Notes: generated by a model from the sequence alone, not told the origin. Counted from the first letter of the stretch, positions 19,734-30,640 are shown. The stretch: DNA of 64,000 nucleotides from Gemmatimonadaceae bacterium (GCA_051859245.1 JBHYGA010000001.1:480001-544000); one strand, 5' to 3'. Numbers and translations: made by a program.

Positions 19734-22181
19734 GTGAAACGCGCACTCTACGTTCTCGCGCTCCTCATGGCAGTGCACGCCGCAACGCCGCTGCGCGCGA
19801 TGGCGAGCCCAACAGTCCAGGCGCCGGTCCCGACACAGGACACGCTCCCCTCCGCCCGCCCCGAACGCGTGGCCGGCTACGTGCGCAGCGTCGCCTCGGG
19901 CGAGGTGGTGCGCGGCGCGATCATTCGCGTGGATGCCGACGCGCAGGTGCGCCAGACCAATGAAGAGGGGTTCTACGCCCTCGTGCTTCCCGCGGGCCCG
20001 CATCGGTTGCGTGTGCGAGCGATCGGCTACGCGCCGCTCGACACCACCATCGTGGTGAATGGACGGCTGGATCTCACCCTTCGCCTGCGCGCGTTGGAGA
20101 AAGTGTTGCAAACCGTGCAGGTGCAAGCGAAGCGCGAGGAACGCGCCGACCTGGATCCCGCTGCGCCACAGATGAGCGTCGTGCGCCTGAGCATGGCCGC
20201 AGCCAAGGCGGTGCCACCGGTGCTCGGCGAGGTAGACCCGTTGCGCACCCTCACGCTGCTGCCGGGTGTGTCGACGACGTCCGACGCCTCCACCGCCTTC
20301 TCCGTGCGCGGTGGTAGCGTCGACCAGAATCTCATCCTGCTCGATGAATCCACGATCTACAACCCATCACACATTCTCGGCTTCCTCTCCACGTTCAACG
20401 CCGACGCGATCGACAATGTCACGCTCTACAAGGGCGGTATTCCAGCGCGTTTTGGCGGGCGCCTGTCGTCGGTGGTCGACATCCGACAGCGTGATGGCAA
20501 CCGCGAGGAGTTCGCGGGCACGGCGTCCATTGGTCTGCTCTCCAGCAAGCTGCTGCTGGAAGGGCCAGTGCCGGGCAAACGCGGGTCGTACATTCTGGCC
20601 GCGCGACGCTCCTATGCCGATGCCTTTCTGCCGCTGGCCAGCGACTCGACGATCCGCGACAACCGCGCCTACTTCTACGACCTGAATGCCAAAGCGCAGG
20701 TCAACATCGGGACCACCGGAGCTGTGATCGCGTCGGGCTTCATGGGCCGCGACCTCTTTGCGGTGCAGAACGCCGGCTTCGGCGCCACGTGGGGCAACCG
20801 GGCCACCGCGCTCCGTTGGAATCAGGCCTTCGGTGGGCGGCTGTTCTCAAAAATCTCCGGTGCCTGGAGCGACTACGACTACAAGCTGGGCCTCCGCGCC
20901 GAGCCCGACGACTCGGCGACCTGGGTCGCGCGGATCGTGAGCGCGGACCTTCGGATCGATGAGACCTGGCAGATGACCGCCAACCAGCGGCTCAGTGCCG
21001 GCGGCGAGTTCTCGCGCAGCATCTTCCGTCCTGGTCGGCTGAGCCCGGTTGGTGACACGGCGGGCTCCAGTTTGCGCACGCGCGAAGTGGAACGACGCCT
21101 GGGCGTCTCCCGTGCCGCATTCGTGAACTGGGAGATGGAGGTGGGAACGCGACTGGGCTTGCAGGCTGGCCTGCGCTACGCCGACTTCGCCCGCGTGGGC
21201 GAGGGTACGCGGTACGAGTACGCGAACAATGCGCCACTCGTCTGGAACCCGTTGCTGGCTCGGTACGAGCCTGGTGTGCTGGTGGACAGCAGCCGTGTGC
21301 CTCGCGGCACGCGCATGGCGTTCTACGATGGCCTTGAGCCGCGCGCTACAGTGCGCTTCTCCCTCACACCACAGCACAGCCTGAAGGCCAGCTACGCGCG
21401 AACGCAGCAGTTCCTGCAGCTCGTGTCGAACACGAACTCGCCCACGCCGCTGGATGTGTGGGAGCCGGCCGGGCCGTACATCCGCCCGCAGGTGGCCGAC
21501 CAGTATGCGTTCGGTTGGACGGGACAGTACCGCGGCGTGGAGCTCACGGCTGAGGCGTACTGGAAGCGGGCGCAGAACGTCGTGGACTACATCGATGGAG
21601 TAGATGTTTTTCTGAATCCGCGCCTGGAGACAATGCTCGTTCAAGGCGAAGGACGCGCGTACGGACTGGAGCTGTTTGCCAGGCGCGCCGAAGGACGCTT
21701 TTCCGGCTGGGCGAGTTATACGCTGGCACGCGCCGAGCAGCGCTTTCCCGCGGCGGGCACCACGAATGGTGGGATCAGTGGCGGACGCTGGTATGCGTCG
21801 CCGTTCGACAAGACGCACAACCTGTCGCTCGTGGGCAGCTGGTTGTGGAAGCCAAAGTGGCGCGTTGGATCGACCTTTGTGCTCGCGTCGGGCCTCCCGG
21901 CCACACTGCCGCGCGCGCGCTACTGGGTGGATGGTTTTCTCGTGGCGGAATACGGCGATCGCAACTCATCGCGCCTGCCACTCTATCACCGCCTCGATCT
22001 GAGCCTCACGCGACAGCTGCGGCGTGGCGAGCTGCAGTTCGGCGTGGTGAACGCTTACAACCGCTTCAACGCGCAGTCGCTGCGCGTTGAGCAGCGCAAC
22101 GACAATCCGCTGGTCGCTGACGCGGTCCAGACTTCCATTTTTGGCATCATTCCGAGCTTGAGCTATGTCTTCCGTTTTTAA
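19734..22181 (+). CDS. TonB-dependent receptor with N-terminal carboxypeptidase-regulatory domain
   Basis: VRGG..DQNLILLD, YKGGIPARFGGRLSSV, YHRLDLS, terminal Phe. Confidence 0.92.
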   Translation: MKRALYVLALLMAVHAATPLRAMASPTVQAPVPTQDTLPSARPERVAGYVRSVASGEVVRGAIIRVDADAQVRQTNEEGFYALVLPAGPHRLRVRAIGYAPLDTTIVVNGRLDLTLRLRALEKVLQTVQVQAKREERADLDPAAPQMSVVRLSMAAAKAVPPVLGEVDPLRTLTLLPGVSTTSDASTAFSVRGGSVDQNLILLDESTIYNPSHILGFLSTFNADAIDNVTLYKGGIPARFGGRLSSVVDIRQRDGNREEFAGTASIGLLSSKLLLEGPVPGKRGSYILAARRSYADAFLPLASDSTIRDNRAYFYDLNAKAQVNIGTTGAVIASGFMGRDLFAVQNAGFGATWGNRATALRWNQAFGGRLFSKISGAWSDYDYKLGLRAEPDDSATWVARIVSADLRIDETWQMTANQRLSAGGEFSRSIFRPGRLSPVGDTAGSSLRTREVERRLGVSRAAFVNWEMEVGTRLGLQAGLRYADFARVGEGTRYEYANNAPLVWNPLLARYEPGVLVDSSRVPRGTRMAFYDGLEPRATVRFSLTPQHSLKASYARTQQFLQLVSNTNSPTPLDVWEPAGPYIRPQVADQYAFGWTGQYRGVELTAEAYWKRAQNVVDYIDGVDVFLNPRLETMLVQGEGRAYGLELFARRAEGRFSGWASYTLARAEQRFPAAGTTNGGISGGRWYASPFDKTHNLSLVGSWLWKPKWRVGSTFVLASGLPATLPRARYWVDGFLVAEYGDRNSSRLPLYHRLDLSLTRQLRRGELQFGVVNAYNRFNAQSLRVEQRNDNPLVADAVQTSIFGIIPSLSYVFRF

Positions 22182-23052
22182 GCAGCGTACGCGTGTACCA
22201 GTGTTGGGCGCCGCGCTGTTGTTGGTGATGGGCTGCGAGCGTGTCGTGGACATCACGGTGCCCACGATGCCCACACGCCTCGTGGTGAGCGGGCGACTTG
22301 AGCTCGTACGCGGCGCACCGTCTGGTCGGCAAGTCATCACGCTGAGCACCACCACGCCGTATTTTGACGCGGAAGGTCCACTGCCTGCGTTCGGCGCGGA
22401 GGTGCAGGTGACAGACAGTCGAGGTGTCACCACGATGTTCCGCGAGCAGCCGAGGGCGCCGGGCGTGTATCTGACTGACAGTCTTGTTCCGGCGCTCAAT
22501 CGGCGGTACACGCTGCGTGTGCGCTGGAACAACGAACTGTACGAGGCGAGCGACTCACTGCTGCCGGTGGCCCCGATCGATTCGTTTTATTTCCGGGAGC
22601 GTACGGGACTCTTTGCGCCACCAGATGTCGCGCAGGAATCGGGCCCGCGGGCGACGATCGACTTCCGCGATCCGCCCGGCGTGGACAACTACTACGTCTG
22701 GGACCAGTTCGTGGACGGGCAGCAACTGGTGGCGGCTGACACGGCATTTCGGTTTCGCCCCATGGAGCGCGATGCCTTCTTCAACGGCGCGCTCGTGCGT
22801 GGCTACCAGCCGTACTCGGGCATCGTGCTGCGCTCGGGCCAGACGGTGCGCCTGCGACACATGTCGCTCAGCGAGCAGGGGTATCGCTTCTATCTCACGC
22901 TGAACAACACGTCGCTCGGGGACGGCTCGCCGTTCTCGACACCGCCGGCGAGCTTGCGAGGCAATGTGGCCAACCTCACCCGTCCCGGGGAGCCTGCGTT
23001 GGGCTACTTCCTCACGGCGGAAGTGGATGAGCGAATCGGGAGGGTGCCGTAG
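22165..23052 (+). CDS. DUF4249 lipoprotein
   Basis: MGCERVVD lipobox; LRGNV..ALGYF C-terminus; follows the TonB receptor. Confidence 0.85.
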   Translation: MSSVFKQRTRVPVLGAALLLVMGCERVVDITVPTMPTRLVVSGRLELVRGAPSGRQVITLSTTTPYFDAEGPLPAFGAEVQVTDSRGVTTMFREQPRAPGVYLTDSLVPALNRRYTLRVRWNNELYEASDSLLPVAPIDSFYFRERTGLFAPPDVAQESGPRATIDFRDPPGVDNYYVWDQFVDGQQLVAADTAFRFRPMERDAFFNGALVRGYQPYSGIVLRSGQTVRLRHMSLSEQGYRFYLTLNNTSLGDGSPFSTPPASLRGNVANLTRPGEPALGYFLTAEVDERIGRVP

Positions 23053-26000
23053 CGAACGGCGTAGCTGCTGCGGTTTTGTGAATCACGCTCACGGCGCGTC
23101 GATTGTTCGAACGCTCTCGATCAATCCACCGCACGTCAGGATCGATCTCCACGTGCACCGGTCGCGCCGCGATCGTCTCGGACCAGCGCAACACGCCGTG
23201 CTTCGCACGCACACTGCCCCGGTGCAGCACCCGCGAGTCTTCACCGCGCACGACAACATCAACGAGCGTTTCCTCGGCGGGCGACGATTGTTCGACGCCG
23301 TTGTGGTGCACAAGACGATCCACACGCGCCACCAGCTCAACGCGATAACCCGCCGCAACTTGCCTCGCCGAGGCGCTGTCGACTCGCATGTCGTACAACA
23401 CACGCTCGGTCATCCATTCGTCCACCAGCGCGCGCAACTCTGGTGTGGGCGCCGCGGCGCGCAGGTGCTGGTGCAGCATGCTGGCGGTGGCCGCCCCTCT
23501 CGGCCCACCTTCAGACTGCACGAGTGATCGTAACACGGCTGTCATGAGCGAGTCTCCCAAGCGCGCGTGCAACGCCGCCATCGCCAAGGCGCCCTTGCCG
23601 TAGCTCATGTACGACTGATCCGTCATGGCCACCAGCGTTGGCTCGCTGCGTATTTCGCGGGCGCGTCCCGACAGATAGCGATCGTGATCGTACGCGAGGA
23701 TCGGCGCCACCGCATCAGCGCCGTGCATGGATGCCGTCACCAGTTGTTCACCGTATTTGGCCAGCGACTCCACGATCACACCACTGCCCGGCACGGACAG
23801 CGGCATCACCGTGTGCCCCCACCACTGGTGTGCGACTTCGTGCGCGACGCGCCGCGTCACAAGATCGATGTCGCCTGCACGCACGTCTGACAACATGCCA
23901 CGATCTTCGGTAAAGAACAGCGCGCCCGAACTCGCATACGCACCGAACCGCCAGAAAAGCGGCACCTCCGCCATGCGCAACACTGGTCGTGGATACGGGC
24001 TCAGCTTCGCGCCAAGCAGTGTGATTGTGCGCTGCGCCGCTTGCACCATCTGCTCGGCGTTGCGCGCGTGATCCGGATGATGCCACGCCTCGATGGTCAG
24101 ACCGCGTGTCGTCGCGCGCGTAACTGCGTAGCGCGCAGCTGCGATCGCAAACACCGGCGTTGTCGGACCATCGGATACATACTCGAAGTGGCGCCGTTCA
24201 TCGGCCGTCCATTCGCGCGTTAATCGACCAGGACCGATCACGGTTTGATCAACATCGGTGGACACATTCAGCGCGAGCGTGAACCACGCCGCACCTGCGC
24301 CGCGCCGAGCCAACCTGGTGAGCGAGTCCACACGCACCGTGGTGTCACGCGTCAGGTCTGCGGTGGGCGCGCCAAGTCCGGCACGGGCGCGCGCTTGCAG
24401 GTTTTGCTCTTCGTAGCTGGCACGATAGCCGATGATTGGGATCAGCGTGGTCGACATGATGAAGCTGCCGTTCTCGGCGACATCCGGCTGAAAGTTGTCG
24501 AAGCGCACACCGCCGCGATCCAGCGCCGCGTTGTACGTCATCGTTTGCGACGCACCGGGAAGCAGCGGCAACCGCAAGGCGAACACCCAGGTTGCGTGCG
24601 CCGAATCCAGGCGCACTAGCTCGGCGTTCGGTAGTTGCACGACGACCGCGCTCAAGTCGCGGGGCGGGGCAATCCATACCGTGTCGATTGGCATGTCGGT
24701 GCGATTCTCGAGCACAAACGTGGCACGAACCGTCGCCACGCGCTGCGCTGGCGGCAGATCGACGGCCATGCGCGCGTCGACGATGTTCGGCTGCGCACGC
24801 GTTTGCACATGTCGATAGTCTCGTTCGTACGCTACACTCCACGCCGTGCGCGCGGATGCCGACATCCAGTCGGAGTGCGGTTGCCCGCGCTGGTACAGCC
24901 ACGCACCCGACGCCACAATCGCAATCAGCGCAAAGGCCAACGCACCTCGCGCACCAGCAACTCCACCCACACCTGACTCGCGATTCTTGCGCGCAACTAC
25001 GCGCCGGAATGTCGCAAGCACGCGCGCGCGAACACCACGGTCAAAACCACGACGCCACAGTTGCCAGGTGCACGCCGCCACGAGCACGGCCCAACTAGCC
25101 CAGTACGTCGCAATCGCCACGAACGACTCCGCGGCAACACCGAAACCATCAAGATCCGAGAAGATGGGTGTGGGGAACACGCTGTACTGCAGCATGCTAT
25201 GCTGCAGCCCAGGCACACCGCCGCCAAACGTGACGATCATGAACGCGACGCCCGCAATGATGCCGATCCACCGATTCGGACTGATGAGCTGCAGCCCCAA
25301 CAACACCACTACACGAAGCATCACCGGAACCGACACGAACCAGGCAACGCCGAGATATGCGCGCACACTCACCGGTTCGTTGCCGCTCAGCAACTGCAGC
25401 GCCAGCATGATCGCGAGCCCCGCGGCAGCAAAGACCAGCGGAATTGCGCACAGCGCGACGAGTTTTCCGATATACAACGTGAAGTTGGAAACTGGTGTGG
25501 CATCAATCACACCGTCCGCTGCCAGCAGGCGTTCCCGCCACACGGTTTCGGCGGCGAAGTACACTGCGGAAAGCGTAGCAATCAATTCCAGCGGCTGACT
25601 CAACTTGCGCATGAGCACCGCACTCGTGGCCACAATGCGCGTGCCATATTCGCCGCTCGTCAGTTCCGAGAGTGCTTCAATGCCTACCGTCACGGCAAAC
25701 AACACGACCAGCGCCTGTACAATCCAGGAGCCAAATAGCAGGCGGCATTCCAAACGTGTCCGACGCAACATCTGTTGCAGCACAACATCAGCACCGGCCA
25801 ATGCGGGCGCGACGCGTTCGTACACGGGCGCGGCGCGCAACGCGTCGCTCCGAGGAGGGTGCGCCGAAACGTGCGTGGTGTGTGTCGTGGCGTGTGCCGT
25901 GGCGTGTGCCGTGGTGTGCGACACTCCGCCGCCGCGACCGAACCAGCGTCGCGCACCGGACACGCGACGGGACAACGCGGACGATCGGCGATACGTGAGC

Positions 26001-26785
26001 AGTAGAAGACCCACTGACACGCCACACCACAACAACCGGTTGACAAGGAAACGTCCGGTGAGTGGCAGCAACAGTTGATTGCGTTCCGCGGGCGTCCAGT
26101 AACGTGTAGCTTCGAAAAACGCCGATGTACCGAACGGATCGAGCAGCGCGGCGCGTGCGAGCGTTTCGGGAGACGATGGCGCCGCGTTGGCCATAAGCGG
26201 CGAATCGACCAGCAGCGCAACCACCATGTACAGCGCGAACACCGCAATCGCCCCGACATAGGTGGCCATGGTTTTGCGCGTGAACATCGCCACCGCGTAC
26301 AGCACCGCGGACACGAACAGCACGTTCGGAAGTACGAGAACGAGCAGTACCCACACATACGGCAACAGGCGCAGCGGGCCAACACGCGTGGGATCAGTCG
26401 CAATGACAAAGGGCGCCAGCAGTTGTACCAGCAACACCACCACCGCGATGACAACACCAGAGCCCACGATGCCGAGTACGCGAGACGACACCAGTTGCCA
26501 CGGCTGAATCGGTCGAGACGCCAGCAATTCGTGCGTGCGATGCTCGTCGTCGCGAAGACCGCCGTGAACGGTGAAGATGGTTTGCGTGGCCAGGAACCAT
26601 AAAGACAGCAGGCCCCAGCTCTGCGCGATGCTGTACGGCGAGTTGATGTTCACTGCGTCGGGTCCGTAACCCTGACGGATCATCATGAGCGCCATGGCAA
26701 CCAGCACGGCGGCGATCGCCCACGGGAACACGCGATGCAATTGCCAGCGCCACTCGAAGCGCAGCATCTGACGCAGTTGTTTCAT
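23012..26785 (-). CDS. ABC-2 permease / M1 aminopeptidase fusion
   Basis: Multiple TM segments; HEVAHQWWG..ESLAKY zinc motif; YGKG. Confidence 0.9.
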   Translation of the reverse strand: MKQLRQMLRFEWRWQLHRVFPWAIAAVLVAMALMMIRQGYGPDAVNINSPYSIAQSWGLLSLWFLATQTIFTVHGGLRDDEHRTHELLASRPIQPWQLVSSRVLGIVGSGVVIAVVVLLVQLLAPFVIATDPTRVGPLRLLPYVWVLLVLVLPNVLFVSAVLYAVAMFTRKTMATYVGAIAVFALYMVVALLVDSPLMANAAPSSPETLARAALLDPFGTSAFFEATRYWTPAERNQLLLPLTGRFLVNRLLWCGVSVGLLLLTYRRSSALSRRVSGARRWFGRGGGVSHTTAHATAHATTHTTHVSAHPPRSDALRAAPVYERVAPALAGADVVLQQMLRRTRLECRLLFGSWIVQALVVLFAVTVGIEALSELTSGEYGTRIVATSAVLMRKLSQPLELIATLSAVYFAAETVWRERLLAADGVIDATPVSNFTLYIGKLVALCAIPLVFAAAGLAIMLALQLLSGNEPVSVRAYLGVAWFVSVPVMLRVVVLLGLQLISPNRWIGIIAGVAFMIVTFGGGVPGLQHSMLQYSVFPTPIFSDLDGFGVAAESFVAIATYWASWAVLVAACTWQLWRRGFDRGVRARVLATFRRVVARKNRESGVGGVAGARGALAFALIAIVASGAWLYQRGQPHSDWMSASARTAWSVAYERDYRHVQTRAQPNIVDARMAVDLPPAQRVATVRATFVLENRTDMPIDTVWIAPPRDLSAVVVQLPNAELVRLDSAHATWVFALRLPLLPGASQTMTYNAALDRGGVRFDNFQPDVAENGSFIMSTTLIPIIGYRASYEEQNLQARARAGLGAPTADLTRDTTVRVDSLTRLARRGAGAAWFTLALNVSTDVDQTVIGPGRLTREWTADERRHFEYVSDGPTTPVFAIAAARYAVTRATTRGLTIEAWHHPDHARNAEQMVQAAQRTITLLGAKLSPYPRPVLRMAEVPLFWRFGAYASSGALFFTEDRGMLSDVRAGDIDLVTRRVAHEVAHQWWGHTVMPLSVPGSGVIVESLAKYGEQLVTASMHGADAVAPILAYDHDRYLSGRAREIRSEPTLVAMTDQSYMSYGKGALAMAALHARLGDSLMTAVLRSLVQSEGGPRGAATASMLHQHLRAAAPTPELRALVDEWMTERVLYDMRVDSASARQVAAGYRVELVARVDRLVHHNGVEQSSPAEETLVDVVVRGEDSRVLHRGSVRAKHGVLRWSETIAARPVHVEIDPDVRWIDRERSNNRRAVSVIHKTAAATPFATAPSRFAHPLPP
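25875..25922. repeat. 4 x 12-bp tandem repeat encoding HTTA/HATA
   Basis: GTGGYGTGYGNC units inside the permease gene. Confidence 0.8.
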
Positions 26786-27720
26786 TGAGTGCGATGCTGA
26801 TTGCGGTGCAGCGATTCGAAGTACACGTCTTCGAGTTCTGGAGCCACCGCGGTGAATGTCGCGTCTGGTGCGGTCGCGGCAAGCACGCGAAGACGCGTGG
26901 CGCCAGCGTTCAGTTGTGTCGAGAGCACGCGATAAGCCGAGAGCGAGAGTCCGACGTCACGCTTCGGCACCGTCTTCGTCCACACGCAACCATCGAGTTC
27001 CGCCAGCAGCGCATCAGGTGTGCCTTCGGCCACCACCTGTCCCGCTGCGACAATGGCGAGTCGCGAACAGAGCTGCCGCACATCTTCAACGATGTGCGTG
27101 GACAGAATGACGACGACGTCTTCACCGATTTCACTGAGCAGATTGTAAAAGCGATTGCGTTCGGCTGGATCAAGTCCCGCTGTCGGTTCGTCCACGATGA
27201 TCAACTTCGGATCGCCGAGCAGGGCCTGCGCGATGCCGAATCGCTGTCGCATGCCACCGGAAAATCCGCTCACGGCGCGCTTGCGATGCTCCCACAAATT
27301 CATCTGGCTGAGCAGTGCTTCCACCTGTGCGCGGCGTGACACGCTGTCCGTGAGCCCCTTCAGCACCGCCAGGTGATCAAGCAGATCCTGCGCGGACACG
27401 CCGGGATACACCCCGAAGTCCTGCGGCAAATAACCCAGCTGCCGACGATGCGCCGTGGGATCGGCAAAAATGGAGCGACCGTCGAACGTGACGTCGCCGG
27501 CGTCCGGAACCTGGAGGGTTGCCAACGTGCGCATGAGCGTGGACTTTCCGGCGCCGTTAGGACCAAGCAAACCGAACAGTCCGCGCCCCACCGTGAGGTC
27601 GATACCGCGCAGCGCCTGCACACCATTGGGATAGCGCAACGAAACACCGGAGATGTGGAGCATGTGTTCGTGGGACGGGGAGAGAGCGTCTCGAATCGGC
27701 GGGGAGGCCGACGTGTTCAC
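26782..27720 (-). CDS. ABC transporter ATP-binding protein
   Basis: GPNGAGKST, FSGGM, IIVDEP, STH. Confidence 0.95.
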   Translation of the reverse strand: MNTSASPPIRDALSPSHEHMLHISGVSLRYPNGVQALRGIDLTVGRGLFGLLGPNGAGKSTLMRTLATLQVPDAGDVTFDGRSIFADPTAHRRQLGYLPQDFGVYPGVSAQDLLDHLAVLKGLTDSVSRRAQVEALLSQMNLWEHRKRAVSGFSGGMRQRFGIAQALLGDPKLIIVDEPTAGLDPAERNRFYNLLSEIGEDVVVILSTHIVEDVRQLCSRLAIVAAGQVVAEGTPDALLAELDGCVWTKTVPKRDVGLSLSAYRVLSTQLNAGATRLRVLAATAPDATFTAVAPELEDVYFESLHRNQHRTQ

Positions 27721-27791
27721 GTCCCGGACGGAATGGCGAAACGCATAGTTTCAGCGGTACTATATTGAATCGTCCATTTAGTCACGCCTTA

Positions 27792-28706
27792 ATGATCACA
27801 ATCGCAGACCTTGAGTTCTTCAGCGTGATCGCGCGCTCGCGCTCTCTGGCGGCGGCCGCGCGCGCGCTCGACGTGACGCCATCCGCGGTCACGCAACGTC
27901 TGCAGGATCTCGAGCGGCGCGTTGGCCTGCCACTCGTGTTGCGCAGCGGTCACCGCATCGCGCTGACCGATGAAGGCGAGCTGCTGCTTGATCGCGGACG
28001 GCGCATCACCGACGATGTTGCGGCACTGGTCGACGGACTCGCGGCACGACGTGGTGAAGTGGTCGGACATCTACGCATCCTGGCGCCGCTCGGCTTTGGA
28101 CGTCGATTTGTCGCGCCCATGGCGGGCGACTTCGCAGACGCTCATCCCAAGTTGACGCTGACGCTCATGTTGTCCGATCGTCCAGCGCGCATTCCCGAGA
28201 GCGACTGGGATGTGGCGGTGCATGTTGGCGAACGGCCGGCCACGTCGGGTTCGATTCGTACGTTGGCGCCTAACATGCGCGTACTCTGCGCGTCGCCCGC
28301 GTACCTGACGCGTTACGGTGCGCCCTCGCGCCCGCACGACCTCAGCGATCACCGATGCATCGCGCTGCGAGAGAACGATGAAGACGTCACCCTGTGGCGA
28401 TTCACGGATATCAACCGGCGTGTCACACAGGTGCGCATCGCGCCGATTCTCGCCAGCAACGACGGCGATGTTGCGCGCGAATGGGCGCTTGATGCACGCG
28501 GGATCATTGTACGTTCAGAATGGTCGATTGCCGACGATCTGCGAACAGGACGCCTCGTGCGCTTGCTTGACAGTTATCGTCTGCCGACCGCAGACGTGGT
28601 GGCAGTCGTTGGTTCGCGAGGCGGACAACTGGCGCGCACCTCGCAGTTTGTCAAAGCAGTACGCGCGTCGTTGACACCGACGCCCTGGCGAGATGCGACG
28701 TTGTAA
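27792..28706 (+). CDS. LysR-family regulator (CrgA-like)
   Basis: SLAAAARALDVTPSAVT HTH; CASPAYL; SNDGD. Confidence 0.9.
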   Translation: MITIADLEFFSVIARSRSLAAAARALDVTPSAVTQRLQDLERRVGLPLVLRSGHRIALTDEGELLLDRGRRITDDVAALVDGLAARRGEVVGHLRILAPLGFGRRFVAPMAGDFADAHPKLTLTLMLSDRPARIPESDWDVAVHVGERPATSGSIRTLAPNMRVLCASPAYLTRYGAPSRPHDLSDHRCIALRENDEDVTLWRFTDINRRVTQVRIAPILASNDGDVAREWALDARGIIVRSEWSIADDLRTGRLVRLLDSYRLPTADVVAVVGSRGGQLARTSQFVKAVRASLTPTPWRDATL

Positions 28707-28715
28707 GGAGCGTCG

Positions 28716-29681
28716 CTACGCGCCAGCCGTGTTGCGCGACGCACGCCATCGCTCGCACAGTTCACTCGCGGCCGATTCCCAGTCAGGATACGCAAAACAA
28801 AAGCCGCTGCCGAGCAGTGTGCCCGGCACAACTCGGCGGCTCTTGAGCACGAGCTCTGTCTCGGTTCGCAGCGCGATGGCGCCGAGCTCAAGCATCCACT
28901 CGGTCGCGGGCAAGCCCATTCGCGCTCCCCAGGCGCGTCGCAGGACGCGCATGAACTCAGCGTTGGGCAGCGGATTCGGCGAGGTGATGTTGATGGCCCC
29001 ACTCAGGTCAGGGTGTTCAACAATCCAATCGAGCGCGGCAATGAAATCGCGCTCATGAATCCACGAGATAAACTGCCGGCCATGTCCCGACTGTCCGCCC
29101 AGGCCGAAACGCACCAAGGCGAGCAGCGTGGCGAACACGCCGCCCGCATCCGGGCTCATGACCATTGCGGAGCGCAGCTTGACCACGCGGGTTGCCGGCA
29201 ACGTGAACCTGTCAGTCGCCTCTTCCCACGCTCGCGCGACGCCAATGCTGAAGCGCCAGGTACTCGGCGCTCCCGGCTCGTCTCCGCCAATCAGCCCGGT
29301 CGCTTCATCGTTGGGGGCGTCGTAGCGGTGCGCGTAAATCGTGGCGGTGCTCGCCTGCAGCCAGATCCGTGGCGGTATCGCCGCCGCCGCGATGGCCTCG
29401 CCAATGAGGACGGTGGAATCCACGCGCGACTTCAGAATGAGGTCTCGATTGGACGGCGAGTAGCGGCAATTCACGCTCCGTCCAGCGAGGTTGACGACCA
29501 CGTCCGCGCCTTCGAGTTCACGCGCCCATGCGCCGTGTGTGCGAGCGTCCCACGAGACGACCCGCCACGGCGCGGGCATCGGCGCACGACTAAGAACAAC
29601 CACATCGGCGCCGCGAGCATGGAAGGCGCGCGCCAGCAGTGTGCCGACCTGGCCGCTCCCTCCGGGAATGACAATTTTCAT
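28716..29681 (-). CDS. TIGR01777 family NAD-dependent epimerase/oxidoreductase
   Basis: IVIPGGSGQVG, NLAGRSVNCRY, SWIH..D, DUF1731-like C-terminus. Confidence 0.9.
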   Translation of the reverse strand: MKIVIPGGSGQVGTLLARAFHARGADVVVLSRAPMPAPWRVVSWDARTHGAWARELEGADVVVNLAGRSVNCRYSPSNRDLILKSRVDSTVLIGEAIAAAAIPPRIWLQASTATIYAHRYDAPNDEATGLIGGDEPGAPSTWRFSIGVARAWEEATDRFTLPATRVVKLRSAMVMSPDAGGVFATLLALVRFGLGGQSGHGRQFISWIHERDFIAALDWIVEHPDLSGAINITSPNPLPNAEFMRVLRRAWGARMGLPATEWMLELGAIALRTETELVLKSRRVVPGTLLGSGFCFAYPDWESAASELCERWRASRNTAGA

Positions 29682-30007
29682 TGGGTCTCGTGTCAGGCTG
29701 ACGGGCCCGCGGGACGTCCGCGCTTATGGCGCGTCAAGCGGATTCCGACAGGACGGGATCGTCACGCCGCCGCTCTCCGTGAGCGGCGGATTAACGCGTG
29801 GCATCGTGGGCACGGCGCTGGAATCCCGGCGGACAACGGGCATCGGACACGTGACCATCGACGATAGCGACGGCGCCGATTCCGCTGGGGACGACGCGGG
29901 CATGAGCAGCGACGCGCGACCCCACCCACGATTCGCAGTGACCACCGACATCAGACACTCCGCGTCAAAGGACCAACACACCGAAGCGTGGCGCGCAATA
30001 CTTGGCA

Positions 30008-30048
30008 ATCTAACGTGCGGTCGCGCCGGGCCCACTCCGCAGCGCGCT
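30008..30048 (-). other. Degenerate attC-like right arm
   Basis: Minus strand ...CGGCGCGACCGCAC-GTTAGAT just downstream of 30057-30539; left arm not found. Confidence 0.35.
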
Positions 30049-30056
30049 CATCGGCA

Positions 30057-30539
30057 TCAAGCGTCGCTCTGACGCGCCTGGCGGTTCAGGAGCTGGTCGA
30101 TGCGTCTCTTGTTCTCTTGCTGGAGCAGGGAGGGATAGACGTTGAGGATCACATTGGGGATCATCATGCTGAGTGCAAAAATGAGGCTGACATTGAAGCT
30201 CTGATACAACGCAGCGGCAGCCACAAATAGAAACCCGATCAAGTGGTTGAGCTCGGCAATGGTCATGTGATGGCGGATCGAAGCCAGATCCGTGTGCTTG
30301 CCCTCCACCTTGATGCTCTGATTCAAGAACCTGAAAAAGCTGTTCTTCACGACCCATTTGAACTGCGCAATTCCGAGCGCTCTGTTCAGGGCCTTGCTTG
30401 AGATGAAGTTCAGATGCGACAGCTTTTCGAAGTAACTGGTTTTGAGCAGGAGGGCGCCGCCCAGGATTCCGATCGTCCACGAGACGATGGACAGGGAGAG
30501 TCCAAAGGCGAAGCCGTTGAGGAGGTGATTCGCAACCAT
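30057..30539 (-). CDS. Membrane protein, CrtO (glycosyl-diaponeurosporenoate acyltransferase)-like
   Basis: AELNH and NVYPSLLQQENKRR motifs; lower GC than flanks. Confidence 0.6.
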   Translation of the reverse strand: MVANHLLNGFAFGLSLSIVSWTIGILGGALLLKTSYFEKLSHLNFISSKALNRALGIAQFKWVVKNSFFRFLNQSIKVEGKHTDLASIRHHMTIAELNHLIGFLFVAAAALYQSFNVSLIFALSMMIPNVILNVYPSLLQQENKRRIDQLLNRQARQSDA

Positions 30540-30610
30540 GGGTCAGGCACGGCAGGGAATTGAAAAGGTACGCGTCGGAAGGAATCACAAATCGCCGTCG
30601 CGCTTCCGCA

Positions 30611-30640
30611 GCATAACGCTGGCTTTTGCAGCGGGCGATC
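30611..30640 (-). other. attC right-arm remnant
   Basis: Minus strand GATCGCCCGCTGCAAAAGCCAGC-GTTATGC closely resembles the right arm of attC 38831-38922 (CGCCCGCTGCAGCAGCTGGC-GTTAGGC). Confidence 0.55.

Noticed and set aside
29683..30007. ORF 29724-30035 as a real gene
   Set aside because: No recognisable motifs and an ambiguous frame.
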